Below are positions 1-10,142 of a stretch of 64,000 nucleotides of DNA, in pieces; position 1 is the first letter of the stretch, and every line of letters starts with the position of its first letter. The stretch spans positions 1,536,001 to 1,600,000 of the forward strand of contig CAXXNF010000002.1 in assembly GCA_963666365.2 (NCBI GenBank). The letters run 5' to 3'. Made by a program: the position numbers and the translations under genes. The DNA comes from Syntrophales bacterium (GTDB lineage: Bacteria; Desulfobacterota; Syntrophia; Syntrophales; UBA2210). Under the pieces are notes generated by a model. The model was not told the DNA's origin. It saw only the letters and a list, made by a program, of their open reading frames with translations, and did not search any database.

Positions 1-384
1 ATGTATGTCACCGTTTCGTCCCTGGCAAGCAAGAACTATCGCTACGGCAAGTATTTCTATGAATATTACAACGGGAACCCCATAGAAACAAATATAAAGG
101 TTCTGGAGATGATAGACGGAACGCCCGAGGGACCCAACACGATAAAGAGCGTCCATCGGTATCTTGAGAAGAAAAATATGTACAGTCCCCTTTTCCACCG
201 TACCTACGAAATTTTCAACGAAGGGGGGAACAAGCAGGAAATAAAGGAACGCATTATACAGGCCTGTCAGTTTGACAAGCGCACCAGGGAATATATAGGT
301 CCGATCTCGCGAATTCTCTACCGCCTCATTCCCGATATCTGGTATCGGAGGGATCGTGGTTTTCTGTCAAAATTTACCCGTTGA
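1..384 (+). CDS. C-terminal part of NAD(P)H-dependent glycerol-3-phosphate dehydrogenase-like protein (5' partial)
   Basis: YVTVSSLASKNYRYG and PEGPNT..V...PLF resemble GpsA C-terminal motifs (TC.S..SRN..G, EG..T); ORF runs off the window edge. Confidence 0.55.
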   Translation: MYVTVSSLASKNYRYGKYFYEYYNGNPIETNIKVLEMIDGTPEGPNTIKSVHRYLEKKNMYSPLFHRTYEIFNEGGNKQEIKERIIQACQFDKRTREYIGPISRILYRLIPDIWYRRDRGFLSKFTR

Positions 385-1729
385 GTTTTCTTTTGATTTC
401 CTCAAGTTTTTTCAGGTACCATTCTCCATCTTTCAGGTTTTTGTAATTGCGGATATCCTCTTCGAGCGTTTCCAGGTGGGGACGAATGTCAATGCCGTAG
501 CAGTTCTTGTGTTCTGTTTCCGCTTTGTAAACGATCAAAATGGAGTAATAGATCACCAGGATGCGTAATTTTGAATCCCTTCTGGCCAGATAGGATTTTC
601 CCGCCAGTGTGGAGAGAAAAAAGGCCCCGTACTCATAAAAAGCTTCAAGAGAAATCGCAGTTCTTGCATCGGGTTGGGCCATATCCATGATCAGCCAGCG
701 ATAGATGAGGTCCATGGCTTCTTCTGTTCTGTTTCGTTCATGGATGAACACATTGTTTATCAGCTGTATATTCTTTCCCCCAATGGCACGATAGAGATGA
801 TAGAGATTGGCCGTAAGTGTTGCCATGTTCTGGATTTCACCTGAGACACGGGGCCGTTTTTCGACGAGTCGTGCAACAACATCGAGGCCGCGGGCATAGG
901 TCCCTTCAAATATGTCATATTCCCTCACATAGGCTCGGCTGTCCAGATAACGGCAGAACCGTTTCACCTCTTCAAGAAGAAGTGTGTATTCATTTCTTTC
1001 CGTACCGGCCTTCGTCGCCTCTGTTTCAGGGTATGGCGTTGATATCTTCCTTCGAACCACCGCCCCCTCTCGACTGACGCTTCCGGACCCGCCGGATAAC
1101 GCGGCGTCAGGGCTTTTTACACCGGATTCCCCGGCTGCTGGGCCTGCTTCGGTTGTTTCGCTGTCGGCAGCGATCGTTTCCTGGCGAATCGACGGTGTCT
1201 TTTTGCCCCCTCCGTCAGCATCATCGGGGGGCGATGTCCGACCGGGGTCCCGATCTCGTCGTGCCGGCACTGTGTTCCCCCCGGCAGGAATGGTTTCCTG
1301 ACGAATTGATGCCGTGCTTCGCGCCTCCCCGTCATCCCCATCCGTCGGTGATGAGTGAACCGCACCGGGACTCGTCCTGTGAACCGACTCCTCGTCGGTC
1401 TTCTGCCGCAAAGACGGCACACTCCCCTGCCCCGCGAGATCCGCTGCAGTTCCGCCCCCCTTTTTTTCCTGTGACGGAACCGAGAGTGCCTTTCCGGCGC
1501 CAGGCGACTGTGCATCCTTCGATGACTGTTTTCCGACGGTTCCGCGATCGGCTGTCTGATCCGCGGCGCCCTGAGACATCAATCGCTCCTCGGCGCCTGC
1601 AGCCCTCTTCTGCAATGCTTCCTCAACGCGATCCGGTGAATCGAACCAATGGCGATATGCCAGAAAGGCCGCTGCAACAACAACAACGATTACAATGGTA
1701 CAGAGGATAAGTTTTCCATTTTTTTTCAT
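374..1729 (-). CDS. Hypothetical membrane-anchored protein: N-terminal TM helix, long disordered linker, helical C-terminal domain
   Basis: 451-aa ORF; hydrophobic N-terminus; G/S/D/P-rich linker with degenerate repeats. Confidence 0.75.
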   Translation of the reverse strand: MKKNGKLILCTIVIVVVVAAAFLAYRHWFDSPDRVEEALQKRAAGAEERLMSQGAADQTADRGTVGKQSSKDAQSPGAGKALSVPSQEKKGGGTAADLAGQGSVPSLRQKTDEESVHRTSPGAVHSSPTDGDDGEARSTASIRQETIPAGGNTVPARRDRDPGRTSPPDDADGGGKKTPSIRQETIAADSETTEAGPAAGESGVKSPDAALSGGSGSVSREGAVVRRKISTPYPETEATKAGTERNEYTLLLEEVKRFCRYLDSRAYVREYDIFEGTYARGLDVVARLVEKRPRVSGEIQNMATLTANLYHLYRAIGGKNIQLINNVFIHERNRTEEAMDLIYRWLIMDMAQPDARTAISLEAFYEYGAFFLSTLAGKSYLARRDSKLRILVIYYSILIVYKAETEHKNCYGIDIRPHLETLEEDIRNYKNLKDGEWYLKKLEEIKRKLNG

Positions 1730-1826
1730 TCAAGCACCTTTCACCTCTCTGCCGCACTCATCTTTAAGGTTGTCGTCCGTCGCGCGCCCTCCCGGCGGCA
1801 GACCCTGTCACAGGGAACAGTCTGTT

Positions 1827-2684
1827 TTATGACGCCAGGCATTCTATAATCTGTGCAAGGTCGGTGATAATCATGTCGGGACGGATATGGGCGCAACTTC
1901 GATCCTCTTCACGCAGGTCCAGTGACCGTGCGTCACCGGCATAAAGCGCAGTCTGAAATCCCGCCGCCGCCGAGGGTGCGATATCTTTGCGCATGTCGTT
2001 TCCCACATAGAGCGTATTTTTCGCGTCGATCCCTGCTGCTCTGAGAATCTGCGCCGCCCTGTCAAAGGGCTCGGGAGAGGGCTTGCAGTGCCCGAGCATG
2101 TAGGAAAACAAGAGAAGCTCCTCTCGAAATCCCAGTTCCGCGGGCCTTTGACCCAGCAGTGCCGCAAACAAATAGGGTGTATAAAACTGGGCGTTTGAAA
2201 TTATGCCCATGACAACTTTCTGCTTTTTACAGGTGGAGAGAAGTTCCTGCAGGTGAGGCATGGGATAGACGGGATTAACGATCATCTCATATTCGAGGGC
2301 AAATGACTGCAGCAGCGGGATATCAGTAATACCCAGCACGGAAGCCCAGATCTCTTCTATTACTACCTCGGGATAGTCGATCCCCTTCCCATCCCTTAGC
2401 GCCCCCTTGGTTGATTCGATACACTCGAAAAAGGCATCGATCATCGGAGAAACCGGTGCGGTGATGCCATGACGGGCACACAGTTCCGCAATCGCATCGA
2501 TATTTCTTGCGGCCTCTTCCTTTGCGGCCCCGATATCTCCCGCCCTGCTGATAAACAGTGTCCCATACACGTCAAAGAGAACCGCCTGTACGGGCGCCCT
2601 CGGCGTCACTACTGCATCAAGCCCGGTGTCTATGGGACTCATCGGTTTCGAATAGTGTCGAATCAATTGCTCGAAAGTTGTCAT
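1827..2684 (-). CDS. HAD-superfamily hydrolase
   Basis: Motifs LFDVYGTL, IISNA, KPSP, YVGND...D; start reassigned to ATG 2684 because the longer ORF overlaps rfbB. Confidence 0.85.
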   Translation of the reverse strand: MTTFEQLIRHYSKPMSPIDTGLDAVVTPRAPVQAVLFDVYGTLFISRAGDIGAAKEEAARNIDAIAELCARHGITAPVSPMIDAFFECIESTKGALRDGKGIDYPEVVIEEIWASVLGITDIPLLQSFALEYEMIVNPVYPMPHLQELLSTCKKQKVVMGIISNAQFYTPYLFAALLGQRPAELGFREELLLFSYMLGHCKPSPEPFDRAAQILRAAGIDAKNTLYVGNDMRKDIAPSAAAGFQTALYAGDARSLDLREEDRSCAHIRPDMIITDLAQIIECLAS

Positions 2685-2759
2685 TCCCGCAGCCTTGTAA
2701 TATTCGGGCAGGCAGGGGCGGCGCAATCCTAATATCCCCCCCCTTCGCGCTGTTGATTT

Positions 2760-2788
2760 ACCATAGAAGAGGAATCGGGACCTGTCAA
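2760..2788 (-). promoter_or_regulatory. sigma70-type promoter for the HAD hydrolase
   Basis: TTGACA-N17-TATGGT on the minus strand. Confidence 0.55.
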
Positions 2789-2870
2789 GCTTTTCAGGCA
2801 TTTTATTTGACAGCGTCCCTTGTTTTAAGGTATGGGGGGCAAGTGAAAAATTCCAATGGAGAAGCGGTGC

Positions 2871-3941
2871 ATGGACATCAATAATCTCATGGTAACCGGG
2901 GGCTGTGGATTTATCGGCAGCAATTTTATCAGATATCTTCTCAATGAACCCGATTTTACCGGGCGCATCATCAATGTCGACAGTCTCACCTATGCGGGCA
3001 ATCCGGACAATCTGCAGGATCTCACCGCTACATACCGAGAACGGTACTGTTTCGAACGGGCGGATATTTGCGACTTCGAGCGCATGGAGCACATTTTTTC
3101 AAACTACGGCATTGACGGAATATGTCATTTTGCCGCCGAATCGCACGTGGATCGATCCATCAAGCGTCCCGACGCGTTCATACGGACGAATATAATGGGG
3201 ACCTTCAATCTGCTCGAACTGGCCCGGGCGCAGGGCGGCTCATTCACACTCTTTCATCATGTCAGCACCGACGAGGTGTATGGTAGTCTGGGGAAGCGGG
3301 GATTGTTCCGGGAAACGATGCCCTATCGGCCGAACAGCCCCTATTCCGCTTCAAAGGCAGCCTCGGATCACCTTATTCGGGCCTATGGTAAAACCTATGG
3401 ACTGCCGACAACGCTTTCCAACTGTTCAAACAATTACGGCCCCTATCAATTTCCCGAAAAGCTGATCCCTCTCATAATTCTCAATGCGGCAGCGGGAAAG
3501 GAACTTCCCGTCTACGGCGATGGGAAAAATGTGCGCGACTGGCTCTACGTGGAAGACCACTGCCTTGCCATCTGGACCATAATGAAATCGGGGAAAAGGG
3601 GAAGGACCTACAATGTGGGCGGCAACAGAGAAATGGAAAATATCTCCATAGTCGAAATGATATGCGACCTTGTCGACGCTGCACTGGGAACGCTTGAGGG
3701 AAGACCCTCCCGCCGCACGCTCATTACCTTTGTCAAGGACCGGCCCGGCCACGACAGGCGCTACGCAATCGACTTCAGTCGACTTCGGAGGGAGCTGTCA
3801 TGGGAACCGAAGGAATCCTTTGAATCGGGTCTCGAAAAGACCGTGTCCTGGTATCTTGCACAGGACGAATGGGTTCGAAGAATCACCAGCGGGGAATATC
3901 TTTCCTGGATGGAGGAACATTACGGCAATGCGCCCCTGTAG
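2871..3941 (+). CDS. rfbB: dTDP-glucose 4,6-dehydratase
   Basis: GGCGFIG, HFAAESHVDRSI, STDEVYG, YSASK, RPGHDRRY; GGAG SD before ATG 2871. Confidence 0.95.
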   Translation: MDINNLMVTGGCGFIGSNFIRYLLNEPDFTGRIINVDSLTYAGNPDNLQDLTATYRERYCFERADICDFERMEHIFSNYGIDGICHFAAESHVDRSIKRPDAFIRTNIMGTFNLLELARAQGGSFTLFHHVSTDEVYGSLGKRGLFRETMPYRPNSPYSASKAASDHLIRAYGKTYGLPTTLSNCSNNYGPYQFPEKLIPLIILNAAAGKELPVYGDGKNVRDWLYVEDHCLAIWTIMKSGKRGRTYNVGGNREMENISIVEMICDLVDAALGTLEGRPSRRTLITFVKDRPGHDRRYAIDFSRLRRELSWEPKESFESGLEKTVSWYLAQDEWVRRITSGEYLSWMEEHYGNAPL

Positions 3942-3949
3942 AGAAGGGA

Positions 3950-5152
3950 TCAGATCACGCCCTCATCTTCGAGCGCACTGAATTCCACCTCACTCATCCC
4001 CAAAAGGCCGCAGTAAATTTCCCTGTTATGCTCGCCCAGGCGGGGCGGCGGTCTGTTCACGCGCCCCGGGGTCTCTGAAAGATCGATAGGAATGCCGCCG
4101 AGTTTCAGCATCCCCCACCCGCCGTAATCGATGTCGGCAAGGGCCTTGTCGTGTATCACCTGAGGGTCCCGCGCCACTTCGTCGACATCATTGACGACAC
4201 CGCAGGGGAGCCGTGCGTCGCGGAGCCGGTGTACCGCTTCATCGGCGGTTCTCTCTTTTACCCAGTCCGCCACCAGACAGTCGATCTCGTCTTTGTGCTG
4301 AAAGCGATCGTAATCCGTCGCAAGATCGGGACGGATCGACAGGTCGTCCCTGCCGACAAGCCTGCAAAAACGGCGAAAGAGTCCCTTCGTTACCATCGAT
4401 ATATAGACCCACCGTCCATCTTTGGATTGGTACAGGTCGGAGGGACCCGTATACCAGGAGCGGTTGCCCATCCGTGACCGCTTGCGCCCCATCGACTCGT
4501 ACTCGCTTATTGCGAGCGCATTCAGCACCACACCGGTTTTGAGAAGATTAGTTTCGACCTTTTGCCCCCGGCCCGTTGTTCGCCGATGGTAGAGGGCCAT
4601 TACGATTCCCAGGGCCGCAAAGGTGCCCGCTTCAAAGTCACAGTAGCGGACCTCGGAACGCTGGGGCGGCTTGTCGGGAAATCCCGTAAGCTCCATGGCC
4701 CCCGACATGGCCTGGGCGATCTGATCGAACCCCAACCTGTCGGCATAGGGGCCGCTGCTTCCGAATCCCGTAATTTCAGCATATACAAGGGAAGGATTGA
4801 CCGCACGAAGCGCTTCGTAGCCGATTCCCATCTGCGCTACCGCCCCGGTACTGAAGTTGTGGAGAAACACATCGACCTTTTTCACCAACTCCATTAAAAC
4901 GGCAAAGGCCTTCTTGTTTTCCATAAAGTTCAGGGTAATCGCCTTCTTGTTGCGTGCCTGGTTCAGAAACATGAAGCCGTCGCCGGAGGGACCCTGCAGA
5001 CCCATATAGCGATCGTCTTCACCGCCGGGGCGTTCGATTCGAATTACTTCGGCCCCGAAATCCGCCAGGAGCAATCCTCCGAATGGTCCGGAGATATGCC
5101 GCGACAAGTCGAGCACCCTGATTCCCTCAAGTACCGATTTCATGCTGTCCAT
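3950..5152 (-). CDS. Family III CoA-transferase (CaiB/BaiF)
   Basis: LEGIRVLDLS..ISGP, LADFGAEVIRIE, RNKKAITL, GFDQIAQ, PPRLGEHN; start uncertain (5152 or 5143). Confidence 0.9.
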   Translation of the reverse strand: MDSMKSVLEGIRVLDLSRHISGPFGGLLLADFGAEVIRIERPGGEDDRYMGLQGPSGDGFMFLNQARNKKAITLNFMENKKAFAVLMELVKKVDVFLHNFSTGAVAQMGIGYEALRAVNPSLVYAEITGFGSSGPYADRLGFDQIAQAMSGAMELTGFPDKPPQRSEVRYCDFEAGTFAALGIVMALYHRRTTGRGQKVETNLLKTGVVLNALAISEYESMGRKRSRMGNRSWYTGPSDLYQSKDGRWVYISMVTKGLFRRFCRLVGRDDLSIRPDLATDYDRFQHKDEIDCLVADWVKERTADEAVHRLRDARLPCGVVNDVDEVARDPQVIHDKALADIDYGGWGMLKLGGIPIDLSETPGRVNRPPPRLGEHNREIYCGLLGMSEVEFSALEDEGVI

Positions 5153-5267
5153 GGAGTTTCTCACGCACCCTTTTTCAGGCCCGCAGCAAGGAATGCCGCC
5201 GCGGCTGCACCAACAGAGGAAGCTCCGGGCCGCCATCCTTCTGCCTTAAAGCGATCCATCGGAATTG

Positions 5268-5606
5268 TTATAATTTGTCCGCCGTGTCGGCGACGACAAA
5301 GGGAAGAGACTGTATGGCAATCACACCTTTTTTTACCCAGATCCGTGCCATACGCACCGACTCCCCCGCCATGGTTGCGAGGCTGGGGAGTTCATCGGCG
5401 GCGCCGATATCTGCCTTGTTGAATTCGCAGTATGAAAGACGGGGACTGTATGGATCTATGATCAACACCACCTTCGTTTCGTCATAGGGGTGTTTTTTCA
5501 GGGCGCCGGTAAAAGGGACATAGTCCGATGAAAGATCTCTCCCGCCCGAATATGTTTCAATTTCAAACTTACCCACCGCACCTTCAAGGAGCGTGTCAAT
5601 CGGCAT
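5268..5606 (-). CDS. Small conserved-looking hypothetical protein
   Basis: 112-aa ORF, AAGGG/GGAG upstream, overlaps the stop of the DUF4340 gene. Confidence 0.7.
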   Translation of the reverse strand: MPIDTLLEGAVGKFEIETYSGGRDLSSDYVPFTGALKKHPYDETKVVLIIDPYSPRLSYCEFNKADIGAADELPSLATMAGESVRMARIWVKKGVIAIQSLPFVVADTADKL

Positions 5607-6684
5607 TCCCTTTCTCCTGAGATGATGAGGCGCTTTTTTCATCTTCAATAAAATCGGCGGCTGTCGTATCGAAAAACTTTAAATATCTGTCGTCAATCTC
5701 GTATATCCACCCTTGATGAAGCGTATTGAATTCTTCCACCGAATCCCGCGCAATGAGGAGCGCCTCTTTTTTCTTGAGGGATTCCTCCGATTCGTCCTTG
5801 GCTATGGTAATTTCCCCTCCTCGATATTCGAATGCCGCCGTCACTTCCGCAAAGGCCTTCTCTCCGCGTTTTCCCAGTTTTATGCGATAGACGCTGTGGT
5901 CGTCCTTTGTCAACGTCATAGTGCTGCTGAAAGAAATATCGGACACTCCTTCGGCTTTTAATATATCGAATATTCTCAATTTAATTGCCTTATCGACAAA
6001 ATCGTCGACCTTCTTCGGATCTTCTTTTTTTCCTTCGGGCATCGCGGCGACAGAAAAGTGATCGCCCTTTTTCACAAACTGAAGTTCACCTGCGTCATTC
6101 ACAAGGGATGCCTCTCTGTAATTCTCTTTCTCGCCCGAAAGAATCCGCTCACTGATATATCCCCCGTAATCGCAACTGAGAAAGGTGATATGTTCCTGGG
6201 TGAGATATACATCCTGCCCTCCCTCAAGGCGGACATAGGTGCGCAGTTTTTCATCATTTTCTTTGACCTTTCCGATTATGACGCCGATAAGTTTACTGTC
6301 GTTTTCACCGAAAAATCGAATGATGGTGCTCTCTTCACCGCCGTCCACGCCAAGCTGGGCGTAATTCTCAGGATTTGAGGTCACCTTTTCACCGCATTTA
6401 ATACCCCCTGCGGCATAGAAAATTTCATTCACCCGTTCGCTTTTGGCGGGGTATCCCCCCTTGCTCGCAATAAGAAAATTGCCACCCGAACGGGACAATT
6501 CTATCTTGTCTCCATATCGTTCCATATAAATGCGGTGTACCTTCTCCGGGTTCAATCCCTGCACCAGGTAACTGCCCCTGACAAAGGTGTCGGTCCGCGC
6601 TTCTCTCTCTCTGGTTACGAAGAACGTAAGTATCACCATGACCAGAGCAATGATAAAAAGAATAGTGAGATGCTTATTTTTCAT
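5596..6684 (-). CDS. DUF4340-like membrane-anchored protein of Gld-type ABC operon
   Basis: N-terminal TM, NYAQLGV, IIGK, TYVR motifs; position after a GldG-like gene. Confidence 0.75.
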   Translation of the reverse strand: MKNKHLTILFIIALVMVILTFFVTREREARTDTFVRGSYLVQGLNPEKVHRIYMERYGDKIELSRSGGNFLIASKGGYPAKSERVNEIFYAAGGIKCGEKVTSNPENYAQLGVDGGEESTIIRFFGENDSKLIGVIIGKVKENDEKLRTYVRLEGGQDVYLTQEHITFLSCDYGGYISERILSGEKENYREASLVNDAGELQFVKKGDHFSVAAMPEGKKEDPKKVDDFVDKAIKLRIFDILKAEGVSDISFSSTMTLTKDDHSVYRIKLGKRGEKAFAEVTAAFEYRGGEITIAKDESEESLKKKEALLIARDSVEEFNTLHQGWIYEIDDRYLKFFDTTAADFIEDEKSASSSQEKGNAD

Positions 6685-8575
6685 GGCGTACTCCGAGATA
6701 TTTTTTTCTTTTGTAGACCCTGACAAAGAAGACCAGAATCGCTATCAACAAAATGAAAGAGGGCGCCGCGATCATATTGTACATTTTCAGTTTCGCCACG
6801 ATTCGTTCGATTCGCATTCTCTTGTCTTTATTCAGCTCCCTCAAATCCCGCTTCGCAAGCATGAGTTTTTCTTCCAGATCCCGCTTCTTTTTGATGGCTT
6901 CGCTCTGCAGAATTGAGGCATTGTCCTCGTTTGCCTGAGAACCAAGGGATTGAAGTTCGCCCTGGTACTTCGCAATTTCCTCCTTCACAGCAGCCACTTT
7001 CTTGGCGGTTGCTTTTTCCGCCTCCGCCTCGATCTCATCGAGCACCTTGAAGGGGCGGCTGAACCTCCCTTTTGTCCGCGCCATAGCAAGCGCCCGCGAC
7101 CCGCTCAGATTTTCCACGCTGTTCAAAATCAGATTGACGTTGTCGCCGTAGGCATTGACCCCGAAAAAGGATTCCTGAAAGGCCACGAAATTATTAAGCA
7201 TGTCGACGTCTGAATAGACCACGATGGTGGTTTCCTTTTCAGATTCCTTCAACCCCTCGACCTTTTTGGGTTTTTTATCCTTGTCATCGGGAAGTATGAT
7301 CCCGTCCGGAAAGGCGCTTTTGAATTTTCCCGTAAGCTTATATCCAAGAACGACCGGAGTGTTTCCTTCCTTGTAGCGGTTCACAATGGTATCGGGATCC
7401 GAATAGATCATCATGTCCTTCGGATCCGCCGCAAGCGCGGTTCCACCCGCCGTTGTCGTCAGAAGCGGTTCGGCCGTGACACCGGGCACATCTGTCTTTT
7501 TCAACACACCTGCAAAAAGAAGTCTCACCGCTTCGAGTCGCGCCGTGATGACATCGTCTCTGTTGAAACTTTCACCCCGCAGATTCAAAAACGTGTACAG
7601 CCTCTTGGCGGGTGCATTTTCACTCTGCTGCACAACCAGCCCAAGCGCTCTGTCGGCGGCGAAGGCTCGGGGCACCATGGAACACCCCCATTTTTCAAGC
7701 AGGCCATTCAAATTCGATGCCTTTTCGAAGTACTTCTCCGCCGGATCGGCGATACAGTAGGGATCGGTGAACACCATCAGTTTTCCCCCTTTCATGACGT
7801 ACTGATCAATGGCAAAGAGCAGATTGGGGGGCAGATCCTTCGGGTGAATCACGATCAACATATCCACTTCTTCAATCTCTTTCGCGTCGGGCCCGATCGG
7901 CCACAGCTCATAAAGCTTTTTGAGCTGCGTAATCATGAACCATTCTTCCTCGGGCTGCTTTCCCTGCATCTTCATCATCTGGATCATATAGGGGGACAAT
8001 CCCATCCCGAAGACGGGAAGCCTTCCCGAGATGACGCCGATTTTCTTTTTCGCCTTCGTCGCGGCATTGTATATGGCAGATGAAATTTCGTATTCTACGA
8101 GTCCCTGTCGTTCCGGTGAAAAGAACGGAATGATCGCCTCCTGACCGAACTCCGACACCACAGCCAGACCGAAAAAAAAGGGATCGGCCCCGGTTGAAAA
8201 CTTGTTCAATCCATACTGCACTGCATCGAGTTCGTCATCCGTATCGGGCCTCGGATCGATTACGGTAAGTCGCAGTTTCCCCTTTGACATCTTTTCGAAC
8301 TCGCTCAGCAGGTCCCGTATGTACAGGTAATAATTGTTATAGAATCGAAGTGATTCCGGACCTTTCAACGCCGCCGTCCGCGCATAGTACAGCTTCATGG
8401 TAAGCGGCTGGTTCACCTCGGCAATCACCTGCTTTGTCCCCTCCGAAAGGGTATAGAGCTTGTTGTCCGTAAGATCGATCCTCCAGAACTTCCCGATGCG
8501 GTCGGTAATCATGATGGCGCAAAAGGCAATCACGGCAACGAGCACAAGAGCAATGAGCGTTCGCTTCACATTCAT
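6674..8575 (-). CDS. GldG-family ABC-type auxiliary component
   Basis: RIDLTDNKLYTLSEGT, VIHPK, AIDQYVMKGG, C-terminal coiled coil and TM. Confidence 0.88.
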   Translation of the reverse strand: MNVKRTLIALVLVAVIAFCAIMITDRIGKFWRIDLTDNKLYTLSEGTKQVIAEVNQPLTMKLYYARTAALKGPESLRFYNNYYLYIRDLLSEFEKMSKGKLRLTVIDPRPDTDDELDAVQYGLNKFSTGADPFFFGLAVVSEFGQEAIIPFFSPERQGLVEYEISSAIYNAATKAKKKIGVISGRLPVFGMGLSPYMIQMMKMQGKQPEEEWFMITQLKKLYELWPIGPDAKEIEEVDMLIVIHPKDLPPNLLFAIDQYVMKGGKLMVFTDPYCIADPAEKYFEKASNLNGLLEKWGCSMVPRAFAADRALGLVVQQSENAPAKRLYTFLNLRGESFNRDDVITARLEAVRLLFAGVLKKTDVPGVTAEPLLTTTAGGTALAADPKDMMIYSDPDTIVNRYKEGNTPVVLGYKLTGKFKSAFPDGIILPDDKDKKPKKVEGLKESEKETTIVVYSDVDMLNNFVAFQESFFGVNAYGDNVNLILNSVENLSGSRALAMARTKGRFSRPFKVLDEIEAEAEKATAKKVAAVKEEIAKYQGELQSLGSQANEDNASILQSEAIKKKRDLEEKLMLAKRDLRELNKDKRMRIERIVAKLKMYNMIAAPSFILLIAILVFFVRVYKRKKYLGVRHEK

Positions 8576-9306
8576 CAGGCCTCCCTCCTTTCGTTCAGCA
8601 CGAGGCAGGTGGCCGCGAGCCAGCCCACTATGAACAAGAGATAAAAAGAAAGGTCTCTGAATTCGATCACCCCGCGGCGAATCGACTCGAAGTGAACCAC
8701 AAAGCTCATATTCTCAACCGCCTCAACCATCACCGCCGGCAGAATCGTCTGAAGAACATTCAGCACCGAGGGATAGTCTGCGAAGACAAAAATGCTGCAG
8801 ACCATCACCGATACGATAAAACTGATCACCTGATTGCTCGTAAAGGCCGAGCAGAAAATGCTGACCACAAGGTAGCAGCCCGAGAGCAGAAAGGCGCCTA
8901 GATATCCCGTAAGAATCACGAAATTATCCGGGTCTCCCAGGTAATTGGTGGTGATTATCAGGGGGAAGGTAAGAATCAGGGCCACGCCGATAAAGATCCA
9001 GGCCGCCAGATATTTGCCTATTACCGCCTGTCTTACGGTAACCGGAAGGGAAAAAAGAAGCTCAATGGTTCCCGTTTTTCGTTCCTCCGCCCAGAGCCTC
9101 ATTCCAATGGCGGGCACCAGGAAGATAAACAGCAGGGGCAGCATGTCGAAGAATATCCTCAGATCGGCCTGACGAACCTCAAAGTATCGTCCCCTGAAAG
9201 TGAAAAAGCTCGAAAAAAACAGAAACACGAAGAGGAGCACATATGCCACGGGAGTGGAAAAGTATGCTTTAAGCTCGCGTTTCATGACTGCGGCAATGGT
9301 ATGCAT
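8575..9306 (-). CDS. ABC-2 permease (GldF-like)
   Basis: KRELKAYFSTP, MRLWAEERKTGTIELL, six TM segments. Confidence 0.9.
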   Translation of the reverse strand: MHTIAAVMKRELKAYFSTPVAYVLLFVFLFFSSFFTFRGRYFEVRQADLRIFFDMLPLLFIFLVPAIGMRLWAEERKTGTIELLFSLPVTVRQAVIGKYLAAWIFIGVALILTFPLIITTNYLGDPDNFVILTGYLGAFLLSGCYLVVSIFCSAFTSNQVISFIVSVMVCSIFVFADYPSVLNVLQTILPAVMVEAVENMSFVVHFESIRRGVIEFRDLSFYLLFIVGWLAATCLVLNERREA

Positions 9307-9311
9307 CAGAA

Positions 9312-10022
9312 TTACCCCCTCGTGATGTGTTCGAAGAATTGATCGATCTGGCCGTTACCCTCTTCCATGAACGCAGCAGGAGTGGAATCGGCGACTATCG
9401 CGCCGCGGCTGATCACAATAGAACGATTACAGATGGCCTCGAGTTCTTCGAGAATGTGTGTGGATACGATGATTGCCTTGTCTTTGGCCATCGAAGTGAT
9501 CATATCTCTCACATCCCGCTTCTGATTCGGATCGAGACCGTCCGTGGGCTCGTCAAGAATGAGCACGGGCGGATCGCTCACAAGCGCCTGCGCGAGCCCC
9601 ACTCGCTTCTTATATCCCTTGGAAAGTGTTTCTATCGTCTGATGGCGCACACTTTCGAGTGAACATGTATCTATCACCCGCTCTATTTCGCTTTGGCGCG
9701 AATCCTTTGCGATGCGACGAACATCACAGATAAAATTAAGGAATGAAAGCGTGGTCATTTCACCATAAAGAGGCGTATTCTCAGGCATATAGCCAAGAGA
9801 CTGCCGAACCTCAAGCGGCTTTTGAACAATATCGAAGCCGTTGACGCTCGCGCTCCCCCCGTCGGGCGATAAGAGACAGGCAAGTATGCGCATGGTCGTG
9901 GTTTTTCCGGCGCCGTTTGGGCCGATAAACCCAAGCACGTCCCCCTGCTTTATCTGAAAAGAGACGCCATCGACGGCAACAATAGGACCGAATGCTTTTC
10001 TAAGGTTTACAACCTTGATCAC
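9312..10022 (-). CDS. ABC ATP-binding protein (GldA-like)
   Basis: GPNGAGKTT, LSKGY, LILDEPT, STH; GTG start at 10022 after GGGGG. Confidence 0.9.
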   Translation of the reverse strand: MIKVVNLRKAFGPIVAVDGVSFQIKQGDVLGFIGPNGAGKTTTMRILACLLSPDGGSASVNGFDIVQKPLEVRQSLGYMPENTPLYGEMTTLSFLNFICDVRRIAKDSRQSEIERVIDTCSLESVRHQTIETLSKGYKKRVGLAQALVSDPPVLILDEPTDGLDPNQKRDVRDMITSMAKDKAIIVSTHILEELEAICNRSIVISRGAIVADSTPAAFMEEGNGQIDQFFEHITRG

Positions 10023-10142
10023 TGCTGGTTCCCCCAAATTCTGAATTCCGGCATACATAATCATTTTTTTCCCCCTTGTCAAGCTTATGATCACTTTTCG
10101 ATTTCGGTTGATGCCTGCATGGACCTGTGATAGATAGCGCAT

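Noticed and set aside
2685..3092. N-terminal extension of the HAD ORF (similarly 10023-10295 and 51166-51390)
   Set aside because: Overlap neighbouring real genes; better starts with SD or domain boundaries lie downstream
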